Shown here in pieces: positions 1 to 10,169 of a DNA stretch of 64,000 nucleotides (the first letter of the stretch is position 1; every line of letters starts with the position of its first letter). Both the position numbers and the translations under genes were made by a program. The notes under the pieces were generated by a model, which had not been told where the DNA came from, made no database searches, and saw nothing but the letters and a program-made list of their open reading frames with translations. The stretch spans positions 13,920 to 77,919 of the forward strand of contig JAUIKY010000011.1 of the NCBI GenBank assembly GCA_030430535.1, given 5' to 3'. The stretch comes from Bacteroidia bacterium. GTDB lineage: Bacteria; Bacteroidota; Bacteroidia; Flavobacteriales; Flavobacteriaceae.

Positions 1-2
1 AT

Positions 3-1847
3 TTGGCCATTGCCATGAACCGTATTGGAGGAAAATCCAATTCTGGTGAAGGTGGTGAAGACAGAAAGCGTTTCCAAAAAGACATGAACGGCGATAGCCG
101 TAACTCTGCCATCAAGCAGGTGGCCTCGGGTCGTTTTGGTGTAACGTCTCACTACTTGACCAATGCCAAGGAAATCCAAATTAAAATGGCTCAAGGTGCA
201 AAACCAGGTGAAGGCGGGCAACTACCAGGCGAAAAAGTATTGCCATGGATTGCGGCTGCACGTAACTCCACCCCGTTTGTAGGATTGATTTCTCCACCAC
301 CGCATCACGATATATACTCTATCGAGGATTTGGCGCAGTTAATTTTCGATTTAAAAAATGCCAACCGAGATGCCCGTATTAACGTAAAATTAGTATCGGA
401 AGTTGGTGTAGGAACCATTGCTGCCGGTGTGGCCAAAGCTAAAGCCGATGTGGTTTTAATTTCTGGTTACGATGGTGGTACAGGAGCATCACCTTTAACC
501 TCGTTGAAGCACGCTGGTTTACCATGGGAGCTTGGGCTTTCTGAAGCACAACAAACCTTGGTACTAAACAACTTACGTAGCCGTATTGTTGTGGAATGTG
601 ATGGTCAGTTAAAAACAGGACGTGATGTTGCGATTGCAGCCTTATTAGGTGCGGAAGAATTTGGTTTTGCTACGGCTCCGCTAGTAGCTTCTGGCTGTAT
701 TATGATGCGTAAATGCCATTTAAATACTTGCCCAGTAGGTATTGCTACCCAAGATAAAGAGTTACGTAAAAACTTCAAGGGTACGCCAGAGCATGTAATC
801 AACTTCTTCTATTATGTAGCTGAAGAATTGAGAACTATCATGGCGCAATTAGGATTTAGAACCTTAGCCGAAATGGTTGGCCAAACACATAAAATCAATG
901 CCAATAAAGCCATCAAGCATTACAAAGCGAAAGGTTTGGATTTATCGAGCATCCTACACAGGCCACAGGCTTATAGCCAAATGCCAGTGAGAAATACCGA
1001 AGCTCAAGACCACAACCTTGAAAACGTTCTCGATTTCACCATATTAAAAGATTCGCACAGAGCTTTATATAGAAAGGAAAAGACGAATTTAAGTTACAAA
1101 ATCAAAAACATCAACCGTACCGTTGGTGCTATTGTAAGTAACGAAATTTCAAAAATATACGGCCACTTAGGTTTACCTGAAGACACCTTGAATATTAATT
1201 TCACTGGTTCTGCCGGACAAAGTTTTGGTGCTTTCGGTGCCCACGGTTTAACCTTCACGGTTGATGGCAACACTAACGATTATTTAGGTAAAGGACTTTC
1301 TGGTGCTAAGTTGATTGTTAAAAAACCGGCAACGGCCGACTTTATTGCTGAAAACAACATCATTGTTGGTAACGTTTGTTTATTCGGTGCCGTTCAAGGT
1401 CAAGCTTATATAAACGGTATTGCGGGAGAACGGTTCGCCGTAAGAAACTCTGGAGCCTCGGCAGTTGTTGAAGGCGTTGGAGATCACTGTTGCGAGTACA
1501 TGACCGGTGGTAGAGTAGTTGTTCTGGGTAAAACCGGAAGGAACTTCGCCGCAGGTATGAGTGGTGGTATCGCTTACGTTTACGACCCTGAAAACAAATT
1601 TGTTAACGGTTTATGTAATACCGAAACTATTGAATTTGAAGATATTTCTACTGAAGATGCAGCAGAATTGAAAGGGCTTATTGAAAAGCACGTATTGTAC
1701 ACAGACAGCAATAGAGGAAAGGCACTATTGGAAGATTGGGACAATAGCTTAAACAACTTTGTAAAAGTAATGCCAACAGAATACAAACGTGCCCTTAAGC
1801 GTTTAGAGACAGAAGAACAAATGGTAGAAGAATTAACAATAGCATAG
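3..1847 (+). CDS. gltB: Glutamate synthase large subunit, C-terminal part (5' end outside window)
   Basis: [19 protein letters not shown]-domain motif, 3Fe-4S motif [17 protein letters not shown] beta-helix C-terminus; followed by gltD. Confidence 0.97.
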   Translation: MAIAMNRIGGKSNSGEGGEDRKRFQKDMNGDSRNSAIKQVASGRFGVTSHYLTNAKEIQIKMAQGAKPGEGGQLPGEKVLPWIAAARNSTPFVGLISPPPHHDIYSIEDLAQLIFDLKNANRDARINVKLVSEVGVGTIAAGVAKAKADVVLISGYDGGTGASPLTSLKHAGLPWELGLSEAQQTLVLNNLRSRIVVECDGQLKTGRDVAIAALLGAEEFGFATAPLVASGCIMMRKCHLNTCPVGIATQDKELRKNFKGTPEHVINFFYYVAEELRTIMAQLGFRTLAEMVGQTHKINANKAIKHYKAKGLDLSSILHRPQAYSQMPVRNTEAQDHNLENVLDFTILKDSHRALYRKEKTNLSYKIKNINRTVGAIVSNEISKIYGHLGLPEDTLNINFTGSAGQSFGAFGAHGLTFTVDGNTNDYLGKGLSGAKLIVKKPATADFIAENNIIVGNVCLFGAVQGQAYINGIAGERFAVRNSGASAVVEGVGDHCCEYMTGGRVVVLGKTGRNFAAGMSGGIAYVYDPENKFVNGLCNTETIEFEDISTEDAAELKGLIEKHVLYTDSNRGKALLEDWDNSLNNFVKVMPTEYKRALKRLETEEQMVEELTIA

Positions 1848-1851
1848 TGTC

Positions 1852-3315
1852 ATGGGAAAAGTAACCGGATTTAAAGAATTTGACAGACAAGATGAACAAT
1901 ACACCCCTGTTCAAGACAGGGTAAAACATTATAAAGAATTTACAGTTCCATTAAGCGAAGAAGAAATTACCAAACAAGGCTCTCGTTGTATGGATTGCGG
2001 TATTCCTTTTTGCCATAGTGGTTGCCCGCTAGGTAATTTAATACCCGATTTTAACCACATGGTACACCAAGGTGAATGGCAAAAAGCCTCTTGGTTATTG
2101 CATGCCACCAACAACTTCCCAGAATTTACCGGAAGATTGTGTCCTGCGCCTTGCGAAAAATCATGTGTATTGGGTATTATAGAAGACCCCGTATCCATCG
2201 AAAACATCGAAAAGCAAATTGTGGAGCGCGCTTTCGCAGAAGGTTGGATAAAACCCCAACCACCAAAAACCAGAACAGGAAAAACCATTGCCGTTGTTGG
2301 CTCAGGTCCTGCTGGATTGGCTGCCGCACAACAACTTAATCGTGCTGGTCACACCGTAACCGTTTTTGAAAGAGACGACGAAATCGGTGGGCTTTTACGC
2401 TACGGTATTCCTAACTTCAAAATGGAAAAGGAAATTATAGACCGTCGTTTAGCCATTTTGGAAGCCGAAGGTATCACCTTTAAAACCAATGTTAACGTTG
2501 GCGTTAATTACGACACCAAAGAGCTTAAGGCTTTTGATGCCGTTGTGCTTTGTGGTGGCGCAACCGAAAGACGCAGCTTACCAACCCCAGGCATTGATGC
2601 CGATGGTGTGGTACAAGCCATGGATTTCTTAACCCAGCAAACCAAGGTATTATTTGGTAAAAAAGTAGAAAACCAAGTAATGGCTACCGACAAAAACGTC
2701 ATTGTTATTGGTGGTGGTGATACGGGATCTGACTGCGTTGGAACCTCGAACCGTCACGGCGCAAAATCGGTGGTAAATTTCGAAATTATGCCGAAACCAC
2801 CAGGGCACCGTTCGCCAACCACACCTTGGCCATTCTGGCCTTTGCAGCTTAAAACATCGTCTTCGCACGAAGAAGGCGTGGAGCGTAACTGGCTGATAAA
2901 CACCAAAGAGTTTATTACAGACGAAAACAACAAATTAACCGCACTTAAAACGGTTAACGTGGAGTGGAAAATGGTTCCAGGTGAGCGCCCTCAATTAATT
3001 GAAGTACCAGGCACCGAAAAAACTTGGCCATGCGATTTAGCGTTATTAGCGCTAGGTTTTACAGGACCAGAAAGCACTTTAGCTGATAAGTTAGGCATTG
3101 AGCGCGATGCCCGTTCTAACTATAAAGCGGAATACGGAAAGTACCAAACCAATATCCCTAACATCTTTACGGCTGGCGATATGCGTCGTGGACAGTCGCT
3201 AATTGTTTGGGCTATTTCTGAAGGCCGCGAGGCCGCCCGACAGGTTGACATTTTCTTGATGGGTAAATCAGACCTGCCAACAAAAGATATGGCTGGCGAT
3301 TTGGTTGCACTTTAA
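1852..3315 (+). CDS. gltD: Glutamate synthase small subunit
   Basis: RCMDCGIPFCHSGCP and GRLCPAPCE Fe-S motifs, GSGPAG and GGGDTG Rossmann motifs. Confidence 0.97.
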   Translation: MGKVTGFKEFDRQDEQYTPVQDRVKHYKEFTVPLSEEEITKQGSRCMDCGIPFCHSGCPLGNLIPDFNHMVHQGEWQKASWLLHATNNFPEFTGRLCPAPCEKSCVLGIIEDPVSIENIEKQIVERAFAEGWIKPQPPKTRTGKTIAVVGSGPAGLAAAQQLNRAGHTVTVFERDDEIGGLLRYGIPNFKMEKEIIDRRLAILEAEGITFKTNVNVGVNYDTKELKAFDAVVLCGGATERRSLPTPGIDADGVVQAMDFLTQQTKVLFGKKVENQVMATDKNVIVIGGGDTGSDCVGTSNRHGAKSVVNFEIMPKPPGHRSPTTPWPFWPLQLKTSSSHEEGVERNWLINTKEFITDENNKLTALKTVNVEWKMVPGERPQLIEVPGTEKTWPCDLALLALGFTGPESTLADKLGIERDARSNYKAEYGKYQTNIPNIFTAGDMRRGQSLIVWAISEGREAARQVDIFLMGKSDLPTKDMAGDLVAL

Positions 3316-3333
3316 AGAATAAATGCATACTAT

Positions 3334-3372
3334 AAAAAGAGGCTGTCTGAAAAGTCAAGACAGCCTCTTTTT
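3334..3372. terminator. Bidirectional intrinsic terminator (also resembles the ends of the element at 29314-29449)
   Basis: AAAAAGAGGCTGTCT-gaaaagtca-AGACAGCCTCTTTTT perfect stem between convergent genes. Confidence 0.85.
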
Positions 3373-3378
3373 CTATAC

Positions 3379-4128
3379 TTATAAATTAATCAACTTTTTT
3401 AAAAAACCTTCTTTACTGCTTAATGACACTTTTACTTTTTCAGCATTACTCATTACAGCGTATGGCGGTTTTGTTTTTGTGTATTTTTTAACGTGACTTA
3501 GGTTTACCAAACACGATTGACTTACCCTGTAAAAACCACTTTCCTTTAGCATTTCTTCAAAACGTTTTAAAGTTTTTGAACTTGTTATTTTCTTTCCGTT
3601 TTCAATGTAAATATCAGTATAATTTACTTTAGCTTCACAATAAATAACACTAGAAACATCTAAAACAACACATTCGTTAGCAGTGTTTACGCTTATACGT
3701 TTTTTGGCAGCATCTTCTTTTAAATTATAAAGTAATGTATCTATTTTTTTATTTATATCGTCAGTAGAATTTTGAGATTCCAACCTACTTACAACCTCAT
3801 CAAAATCATCTAAACAAATAGGTTTTAATAAATAATGAAGCGCCGCAAATTTAAACGCTTTTACAGCATATTTACTGTAAGCTGTAGTGAAAACTACCGT
3901 AAAATTTAAATGTTTTACTTGTTGCAAATACTCAAAACCTGTTTGATTATTAATCTCAACATCTAAAAAAACTAAATCTGGGTTTAGAATATTTGTTGCT
4001 TCAACCGCATTAGCAACGTTTGTACATGTTTTTACAACATTAAAAACATGACTGTATTTATTGGTTAGTTTCAACAAAGCATCAATGCAATGCTGCTCAT
4101 CATCTATAATTAATGTGTTAATCTTCAT
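3379..4128 (-). CDS. LytR/AlgR-family response regulator (REC + LytTR)
   Basis: IIDDE and FLDVEI receiver motifs, FTTAY, KP; C-terminal YCEAKVNYT...FYRVSQSCLVNL LytTR pattern. Confidence 0.92.
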   Translation of the reverse strand: MKINTLIIDDEQHCIDALLKLTNKYSHVFNVVKTCTNVANAVEATNILNPDLVFLDVEINNQTGFEYLQQVKHLNFTVVFTTAYSKYAVKAFKFAALHYLLKPICLDDFDEVVSRLESQNSTDDINKKIDTLLYNLKEDAAKKRISVNTANECVVLDVSSVIYCEAKVNYTDIYIENGKKITSSKTLKRFEEMLKESGFYRVSQSCLVNLSHVKKYTKTKPPYAVMSNAEKVKVSLSSKEGFLKKLINL

Positions 4129-6172
4129 TTAAATATGCTAACTGAAAAGGCAATATTACTTCAACTCTTGTACCTAAGCTTTTATTGATAATTTTAATTT
4201 GTGCATTTATATTTTTGGTTTTGTTTAAAACCGAAATTCTATCGTTTGTAATTTTAACACCCAATGATTTGTGCGCCGTATTGTTTTTGTTTATAGGTGT
4301 TATTCCAACACCGTTATCATCTACACTGTAACACAGCTGTTCGTTGTTTATTTTTTTAATTTGAATAGTAATTACACCAGCCCCATTAAGTTTTGATACA
4401 CCGTGCCAAATACTATTTTCAACAAACGGTTGCATAATCATTGATGGTACCAAAACGTTACCTTTATCAATGCCATCATCAATTTTAATTTCATAATTAA
4501 ATCCGTTGGGAATGCGTTCTTTTTCGATATCTAAATAATTCTCTAACAGTTTTATATCTTCTTCAATAGTGATATTTTCACACATAGACACCTCTAGTGT
4601 TTGTCGCATTAGTTTAGAAAATTTAGTAAGGTAATTTGAAGCATCATCAACCTTATTACTAACAATATAATTATTTATAGAATTTAGTGTATTGAAAATG
4701 AAATGCGGATTCATTTGTGCTCGTAGCGCTTTTAATTCGGTTGTAGCAACTTTGGTGTTAAAATCGGCTTCTCGTTTTTTCTTATAAAAAACCGTTAACC
4801 CGATTATGAAACATAAAACAATGCCACCACCTGCTAGATATGTGTTTTTTATAAATTCTTGCCTCTCTAACTCATTTGCAAAAAGCAACTGCTCTTGTTT
4901 GTGATTATTTTCTAGTATATTTTTTTCATTTTGATACTTGTATTTTTCTTCAAGCCTTATTAATTCCTCTTTCTTTTCAATAGAATTAAAACTGTCTTTT
5001 AATTTAACAGCTTCATTAATATAATTATATGCGTTTTTATAGTTTTTTAATAGCTTGTTTACTGTTGCTAACCCTTCTAAAGCTGATACTTGCAATGATA
5101 AGCTTTTTGATTTTTTAGCTAAACCATAAGCCCTTTGATAATGACTTTTAGCTTTATCCAAACTGCTTGTGTTTAAATAACTTTCGGCCATGTACTCATA
5201 AACTATGGCTAAATTATTGGTATTGCCAAGGGTTTCATAAAGCGCTTTAGCTTTATTAAAATTGTTTAGCGCTTCGTTATGTTTTTTTAAGCCAACGTTT
5301 ACAATACCTATATTGGTTAAGGCATTGGCCATTCCTAATCTATTACCGCTTTTTTGCATTATACCATATGATTTTTGGTAATAATCAATGGCTTTTTGTT
5401 GTTGTTTTAAATAATCATAAATATTACCAATATTGTTATAACTATTAGCTAAACCGTATTTATAATCTAAAGTTTCGTAAATTTTTGAAGCTTTTTCATG
5501 ATATACTAATGCCTTATTGTACGTTTGTAACTTAGTATATAAAATTCCAAGATTTTGGGTGGTGTTAGCAAAATCTAAACTAAGGGTGTCTTTTAAATTT
5601 TTATAAATAGTGAGTGCTTCTAAATATTTTGACAAAGACGATGGATAGTCAGACAAATACATATAATTTATACCTATACTATTGAGCATTTTTGCCATCA
5701 ACACACTATCATTTGCTTTTTTAAATGCATCAAAAGCTTCAACATTACACTTATTAGCCTTCACATAATTACTTTTATTAAAATAGATGAGCCCCTTATT
5801 GTAAATGAGTCTTGCCTGTTTATTGTAGTTATTGGCAGCTTTATAAATTTTACCTGCCTTATCATACATTGCTAATGCCATAGAATCATTACCAATTGTT
5901 GAGTAATTATGCCCCTTGTATTGGTATGCTCTTGCCTCTTTATCTGTGTCTTTTAAACTTTTGGCAAGTATGAGGGCTTCATCTAAAACTTTTAACCCTT
6001 TTTCAGCATTAATGGAATAGTAATAATACCCTAAATCCGTTAACAAATTCAATCTTATAGAATCTGCCAACTTGGGGTTTAGCAATTGGTTTTCCAAAGA
6101 GTCAATGTCTCTTTGTTGAGCCACCAAAATAGCGCTTAGTAAAAAAAACAAGTAGCTTATTTTTTTAAACAT
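4118..6172 (-). CDS. TPR-repeat LytS-type sensor histidine kinase
   Basis: Signal peptide MFKKISYLFFLL (start chosen over 6214), multiple TPR repeats, one TM segment, LRAQMNPHFIFNTLNSI H-box, QPFVENSIWHG and VDDNGVG boxes. Confidence 0.9.
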   Translation of the reverse strand: MFKKISYLFFLLSAILVAQQRDIDSLENQLLNPKLADSIRLNLLTDLGYYYYSINAEKGLKVLDEALILAKSLKDTDKEARAYQYKGHNYSTIGNDSMALAMYDKAGKIYKAANNYNKQARLIYNKGLIYFNKSNYVKANKCNVEAFDAFKKANDSVLMAKMLNSIGINYMYLSDYPSSLSKYLEALTIYKNLKDTLSLDFANTTQNLGILYTKLQTYNKALVYHEKASKIYETLDYKYGLANSYNNIGNIYDYLKQQQKAIDYYQKSYGIMQKSGNRLGMANALTNIGIVNVGLKKHNEALNNFNKAKALYETLGNTNNLAIVYEYMAESYLNTSSLDKAKSHYQRAYGLAKKSKSLSLQVSALEGLATVNKLLKNYKNAYNYINEAVKLKDSFNSIEKKEELIRLEEKYKYQNEKNILENNHKQEQLLFANELERQEFIKNTYLAGGGIVLCFIIGLTVFYKKKREADFNTKVATTELKALRAQMNPHFIFNTLNSINNYIVSNKVDDASNYLTKFSKLMRQTLEVSMCENITIEEDIKLLENYLDIEKERIPNGFNYEIKIDDGIDKGNVLVPSMIMQPFVENSIWHGVSKLNGAGVITIQIKKINNEQLCYSVDDNGVGITPINKNNTAHKSLGVKITNDRISVLNKTKNINAQIKIINKSLGTRVEVILPFQLAYLNED

Positions 6173-6252
6173 AAAAGGGGTAAAATATTGCTGTTGAACC
6201 AAATATATAAACAATAGAAAGAATACACTGCTAACATGTAATAAAAAATACG

Positions 6253-6285
6253 CAAATAATAAATGGAATCAGCCAAATAATAAAT
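6253..6285. promoter_or_regulatory. Direct repeat with 21-bp period, candidate LytTR binding site
   Basis: CAAATAATAAAT at 6253-6264 and 6274-6285. Confidence 0.4.
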
Positions 6286-6713
6286 TTAGGTATTCTATTA
6301 ATAGCTGCGGTATTATTTTTAAAAAGCTATTAATTAATCCCGACCACAATGAAATCTTTACCCCATAGAAGTATTAACAATTTGTTGTTTGTTCCTTTTA
6401 TTATAAATTTTCAACTCGCTTTCTTTCAACCAAAAAGTATCGAATCTACTGAAAGAAACTATACACAAAAGTATTAAGCCTCTTTCTAGACCAATTTATT
6501 GGTTTGCGCAAAAAACATTTGTTTATGATAGCTTACAACCAGTATAGAGATAAACATATCCTCTGAAGATAATGTACAAATAGAGTAGAAATTAATTTAA
6601 ACAACCTTTAGTAAATACTTCCTAATTTATTCGAACACTACAGCACACTTAAAAGAAACAAAAAGTTTCTGCTAATCTTTACAAACCTTTAACAAACATT
6701 AAATTTTAACATT

Positions 6714-7235
6714 ATGAAACAATTCTTTCTTCTTGCAATTACATTATTTGTCTTATCATTTACACAAAACACCAACGCTCAAGGCATGGTCGATTCTGAA
6801 TCTTTTGGTGCGGGAGTGCAGTACAACTCCCTGTTTTATGGCTTAAGTGCCAAGTACAATTTCACTGAAGTACACAGTGGGGAGTTAGTTGTTGGGGGCG
6901 GTAATTACGGGTTTGCAGGCAGCTTCAATTCGTTTACCATTACCGGAAGATATCTTTACAATTTTAAAGTTGAGGACAATTACAGAATTTACGGTTTTGG
7001 TCAATTGGGATACTGGACACTGAAATATGATTACTCAGCCTTTGGAGTAAACTATGATGATAGCTACAATTCTATTTCGTATGGTGCTGGTGCAGGAATA
7101 GAATACGCTTTTGACGGATTGGAACAACTTGGGTTTAATGCCGAAATAGGCTACGGAGGCGGTTCGTTTGAAGATGGACTTGGCTATTCGGGCATCATCT
7201 TTGGTGTTGGTGCACATTACTATTTCTCATTTTAG
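6714..7235 (+). CDS. Small outer-membrane beta-barrel protein
   Basis: Signal peptide (TNA-Q), alternating aromatic/Gly strands, C-terminal GVGAHYYFSF. Confidence 0.75.
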   Translation: MKQFFLLAITLFVLSFTQNTNAQGMVDSESFGAGVQYNSLFYGLSAKYNFTEVHSGELVVGGGNYGFAGSFNSFTITGRYLYNFKVEDNYRIYGFGQLGYWTLKYDYSAFGVNYDDSYNSISYGAGAGIEYAFDGLEQLGFNAEIGYGGGSFEDGLGYSGIIFGVGAHYYFSF

Positions 7236-7298
7236 CACCTTTCTAATTTCGGGCACTGGTTTGTAAATTGCCTCGGGGCCCTAACTTATTAATACAGT

Positions 7299-8993
7299 AT
7301 GATGACTACAAAACACAACAACCGGATTTTTTTGTTTCTTATTTTTACAGCGCTATCATGGTCTTCAATAGGCCAAAACTTAAACAGCCTTGTCGATACC
7401 ATTGCCGCATCACTTCAAACGGTAGAAGATTCAAAATTCGAGTACAGCCAAAACCTAAAATTATTATCTAACAACTATGTAAACTATACGGTAACCTCAG
7501 TGGATTCTAAAGGAAAAACCGAAGAAACTGCATATAATTTCAGCTTTGCTGATGTGGACGTTAATACTGTAAGATCATTAACCGAAAAGGATGTTATCGT
7601 TGTTCAACTTTTAATAAGCGGCAAGCAAAAACTTATAAAGGAAACGACCAACAATGGCGAGAAAGTAGATTATATTGACGAGGTTGTCTTTTACGCCAAA
7701 AACATAGAGAATGCTCGTAATTTAGTGGATGCCATAAAAACATTAATCCCAATTAACGACACCCTCGAAAAGAACAAGTTAGCCCTTCACACTTACGATG
7801 ACCATATAATATGGCTCGAGGAAAACATTCAGGACGTCGATTTCACCAAGACACAAATCGTCCAAAAAATTGTACCCGGAGATGTAAAGAATGGTCACTT
7901 AAAGCTGAGCACAACCATCAACTCAAAAAGCAAGACCAAAGCTTACGATTACGAGTTTAATTTGGCCACTTTAAACCCAAACAGCGTAGCTTTTAAAATT
8001 AGTGGCGACGAATTTTACATTGAGGCTTCAAACCGTCGAAACATAAAAGCCATCAAAGCTTTTGAAGACGGTGCTCAGCAAAATTACACCAACGATATTC
8101 GCTTTTACTGTACTTCGGTAGAAAATGCAAAAGACCTTCATAAAGTGCTAACGCAAACTATTCCCTTGGCTGAAAAAGCCTTTGAAAATACCAAACCCAA
8201 AATTACCTCAACCAAAGAAGCCATAACTTTTTTAAACCAGGCCATAGGTTCGATTACAAGTGGTGAGACCACTTACACCCAAAGCATTGAAGGCGATTGC
8301 GTAACTAAAATAATTATAAAAGAAGCCAACCCTAAAGAAACCGTTGATAACACGTACAGCTTTAATTTTAACGATATTAACGTCGACAACATAGATTACG
8401 ATTCTAATAAAACCGAACTGTATGTTGAAGTAAACACAAGAAAAAAGTCAAAGTTTATTAGGCATGTCGAAAATAACGAACTTCAAAATTACACCGATGC
8501 GTTAAAAATCTACTTCAATAACATTGAAGACGCCCTTACAGCCAAAGAGGCATTACAAAACATCACAAAAAACTGCGAAACCTATCAAGGCATGGCTAGT
8601 ATAAAATCTATTCCTAGCGGGCTGGAAGCGCTAAAAAATGAAATTATCTTGGTTAAAATAGCAGACGATGCGTTCGACCAATCTTTTGAGGTTGTAAGTA
8701 CCTCGCCCTATACGGTAAAACTAACCTCGGTATTTTCCAACCTAAAAAACAGTAAAGAAACCATTTATGAATTCGGTTTGGGCGATATCAACCCGAAAAA
8801 TATAAACATTGTTACCTCAGGTAAAGAAGTTATGGTTGAACTGAACACCAAGCACCTTGAAAAAATTATAAAAACCTACGAAGACGGCGAAATAAAGAGC
8901 TACGCATACAACATTGAAATTCAAGCTACCGATATTGAAAATGCCCGTAGCATCGCCAATCTTTTAAAACAAGTTTCAGAAAAAATTGAATAA
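7299..8993 (+). CDS. Exported hypothetical protein with four tandem repeats of about 135 aa
   Basis: Signal peptide; four copies of YxF...N ... K(F/L/A/I)I...NY ... (I/V)ENA motif. Confidence 0.7.
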   Translation: MMTTKHNNRIFLFLIFTALSWSSIGQNLNSLVDTIAASLQTVEDSKFEYSQNLKLLSNNYVNYTVTSVDSKGKTEETAYNFSFADVDVNTVRSLTEKDVIVVQLLISGKQKLIKETTNNGEKVDYIDEVVFYAKNIENARNLVDAIKTLIPINDTLEKNKLALHTYDDHIIWLEENIQDVDFTKTQIVQKIVPGDVKNGHLKLSTTINSKSKTKAYDYEFNLATLNPNSVAFKISGDEFYIEASNRRNIKAIKAFEDGAQQNYTNDIRFYCTSVENAKDLHKVLTQTIPLAEKAFENTKPKITSTKEAITFLNQAIGSITSGETTYTQSIEGDCVTKIIIKEANPKETVDNTYSFNFNDINVDNIDYDSNKTELYVEVNTRKKSKFIRHVENNELQNYTDALKIYFNNIEDALTAKEALQNITKNCETYQGMASIKSIPSGLEALKNEIILVKIADDAFDQSFEVVSTSPYTVKLTSVFSNLKNSKETIYEFGLGDINPKNINIVTSGKEVMVELNTKHLEKIIKTYEDGEIKSYAYNIEIQATDIENARSIANLLKQVSEKIE

Positions 8994-9035
8994 CCGAAAA
9001 TACAGCTATTAATTAATCCTTTAAATTTTAAAACA

Positions 9036-10163
9036 ATGAAAACAAAACAGTTACTCTCAATCTTAACAGTATTTTGTACTGTTTTATTAATGCGCTCTTA
9101 TTTGCAAGCCCAAACCACTTGGCGTGTAAACAACCAATCGAATTACGATGGCACCACAAACTTTGGCGAAAATTACGGCGGCACTCCTAGCTTCCCAGTA
9201 TTTAGCGAAATAAATGAAGCTGTTGCCTATCCCAATGTAACGACAGGCGATACACTACACGTTGAAGGCTCTACGGCTGTATATGCAGACGCTACTATAA
9301 CCAAGCACTTAGTGGTAATCGGTCCAGGGTATTTTTTAACAGAAAACCCTAAAGTTTCAAATAACACTTATGATGCTAAAATAGGAAGGGTAATATTTGA
9401 TAGTGGTTCGGAATCTTCTCAACTTATTGGAATGAATGTCCTATATGACGGAAGCAGCGTTGATGGGATTGTATATGTAAACGTTAATGGCATTACCATT
9501 AAAAGATGTAGGATAGACCGCTACGTAAGGCCGGACACCCAACTAACAGACATCTATATACTCCAAAACTTTTTTACCAATACGTACAACACTAGTGCTA
9601 TAACTGATACCGGAAGCAGCTCATACATTCCGCCTCAAGATATCGTTTTCAACAACAATATTTGTCAGAAAAAACTAATATGGTCGGATAGTTCTTGGGG
9701 CATAGGTACTATTATGGAGTGCAACAATAATGTTTTTGATGGCCCTGCAAACGAGTTAAACCTAGAATTCAACACAGGTTCCTTCCAAAATAACATTTTA
9801 AAGGCGGCAGGTATAACCGCTAATATTAACAATGGCACCAACAACAATGTGCAATATAATTCGGTATCAACCTCAGGTGTGTTTGATGGCACTACTGGCA
9901 ACCTCTGGGTACCCAGCATGGCTACTTTGTTTGTTACAGAAGGCACTACAGATGGTTTGTATCAACTACAATCCGGATCAAGCTATAACCAAACAGGTAG
10001 CGATGGCGCTGAGCGTGGCGCTTTTGGTGGTGTCGTGGTTACCAACCAATACAATTTATCTGGCTTAGGTGCCATTCCCGTGGTTTACGATGTTACTACT
10101 ACAGGTGTGTCTGAACCCGGTACGGGTCTATCGGTAACTGTTAAAGCACGAACCAATAACTAA
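9036..10163 (+). CDS. Exported protein with probable right-handed parallel beta-helix
   Basis: Signal peptide (LQA-Q); GDTLHVEG..Y.....ITKHLVVIGPGY start typical of pectin-lyase-like folds; Asn-rich NN ladder repeats. Confidence 0.6.
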   Translation: MKTKQLLSILTVFCTVLLMRSYLQAQTTWRVNNQSNYDGTTNFGENYGGTPSFPVFSEINEAVAYPNVTTGDTLHVEGSTAVYADATITKHLVVIGPGYFLTENPKVSNNTYDAKIGRVIFDSGSESSQLIGMNVLYDGSSVDGIVYVNVNGITIKRCRIDRYVRPDTQLTDIYILQNFFTNTYNTSAITDTGSSSYIPPQDIVFNNNICQKKLIWSDSSWGIGTIMECNNNVFDGPANELNLEFNTGSFQNNILKAAGITANINNGTNNNVQYNSVSTSGVFDGTTGNLWVPSMATLFVTEGTTDGLYQLQSGSSYNQTGSDGAERGAFGGVVVTNQYNLSGLGAIPVVYDVTTTGVSEPGTGLSVTVKARTNN

Positions 10164-10169
10164 TTTGCC

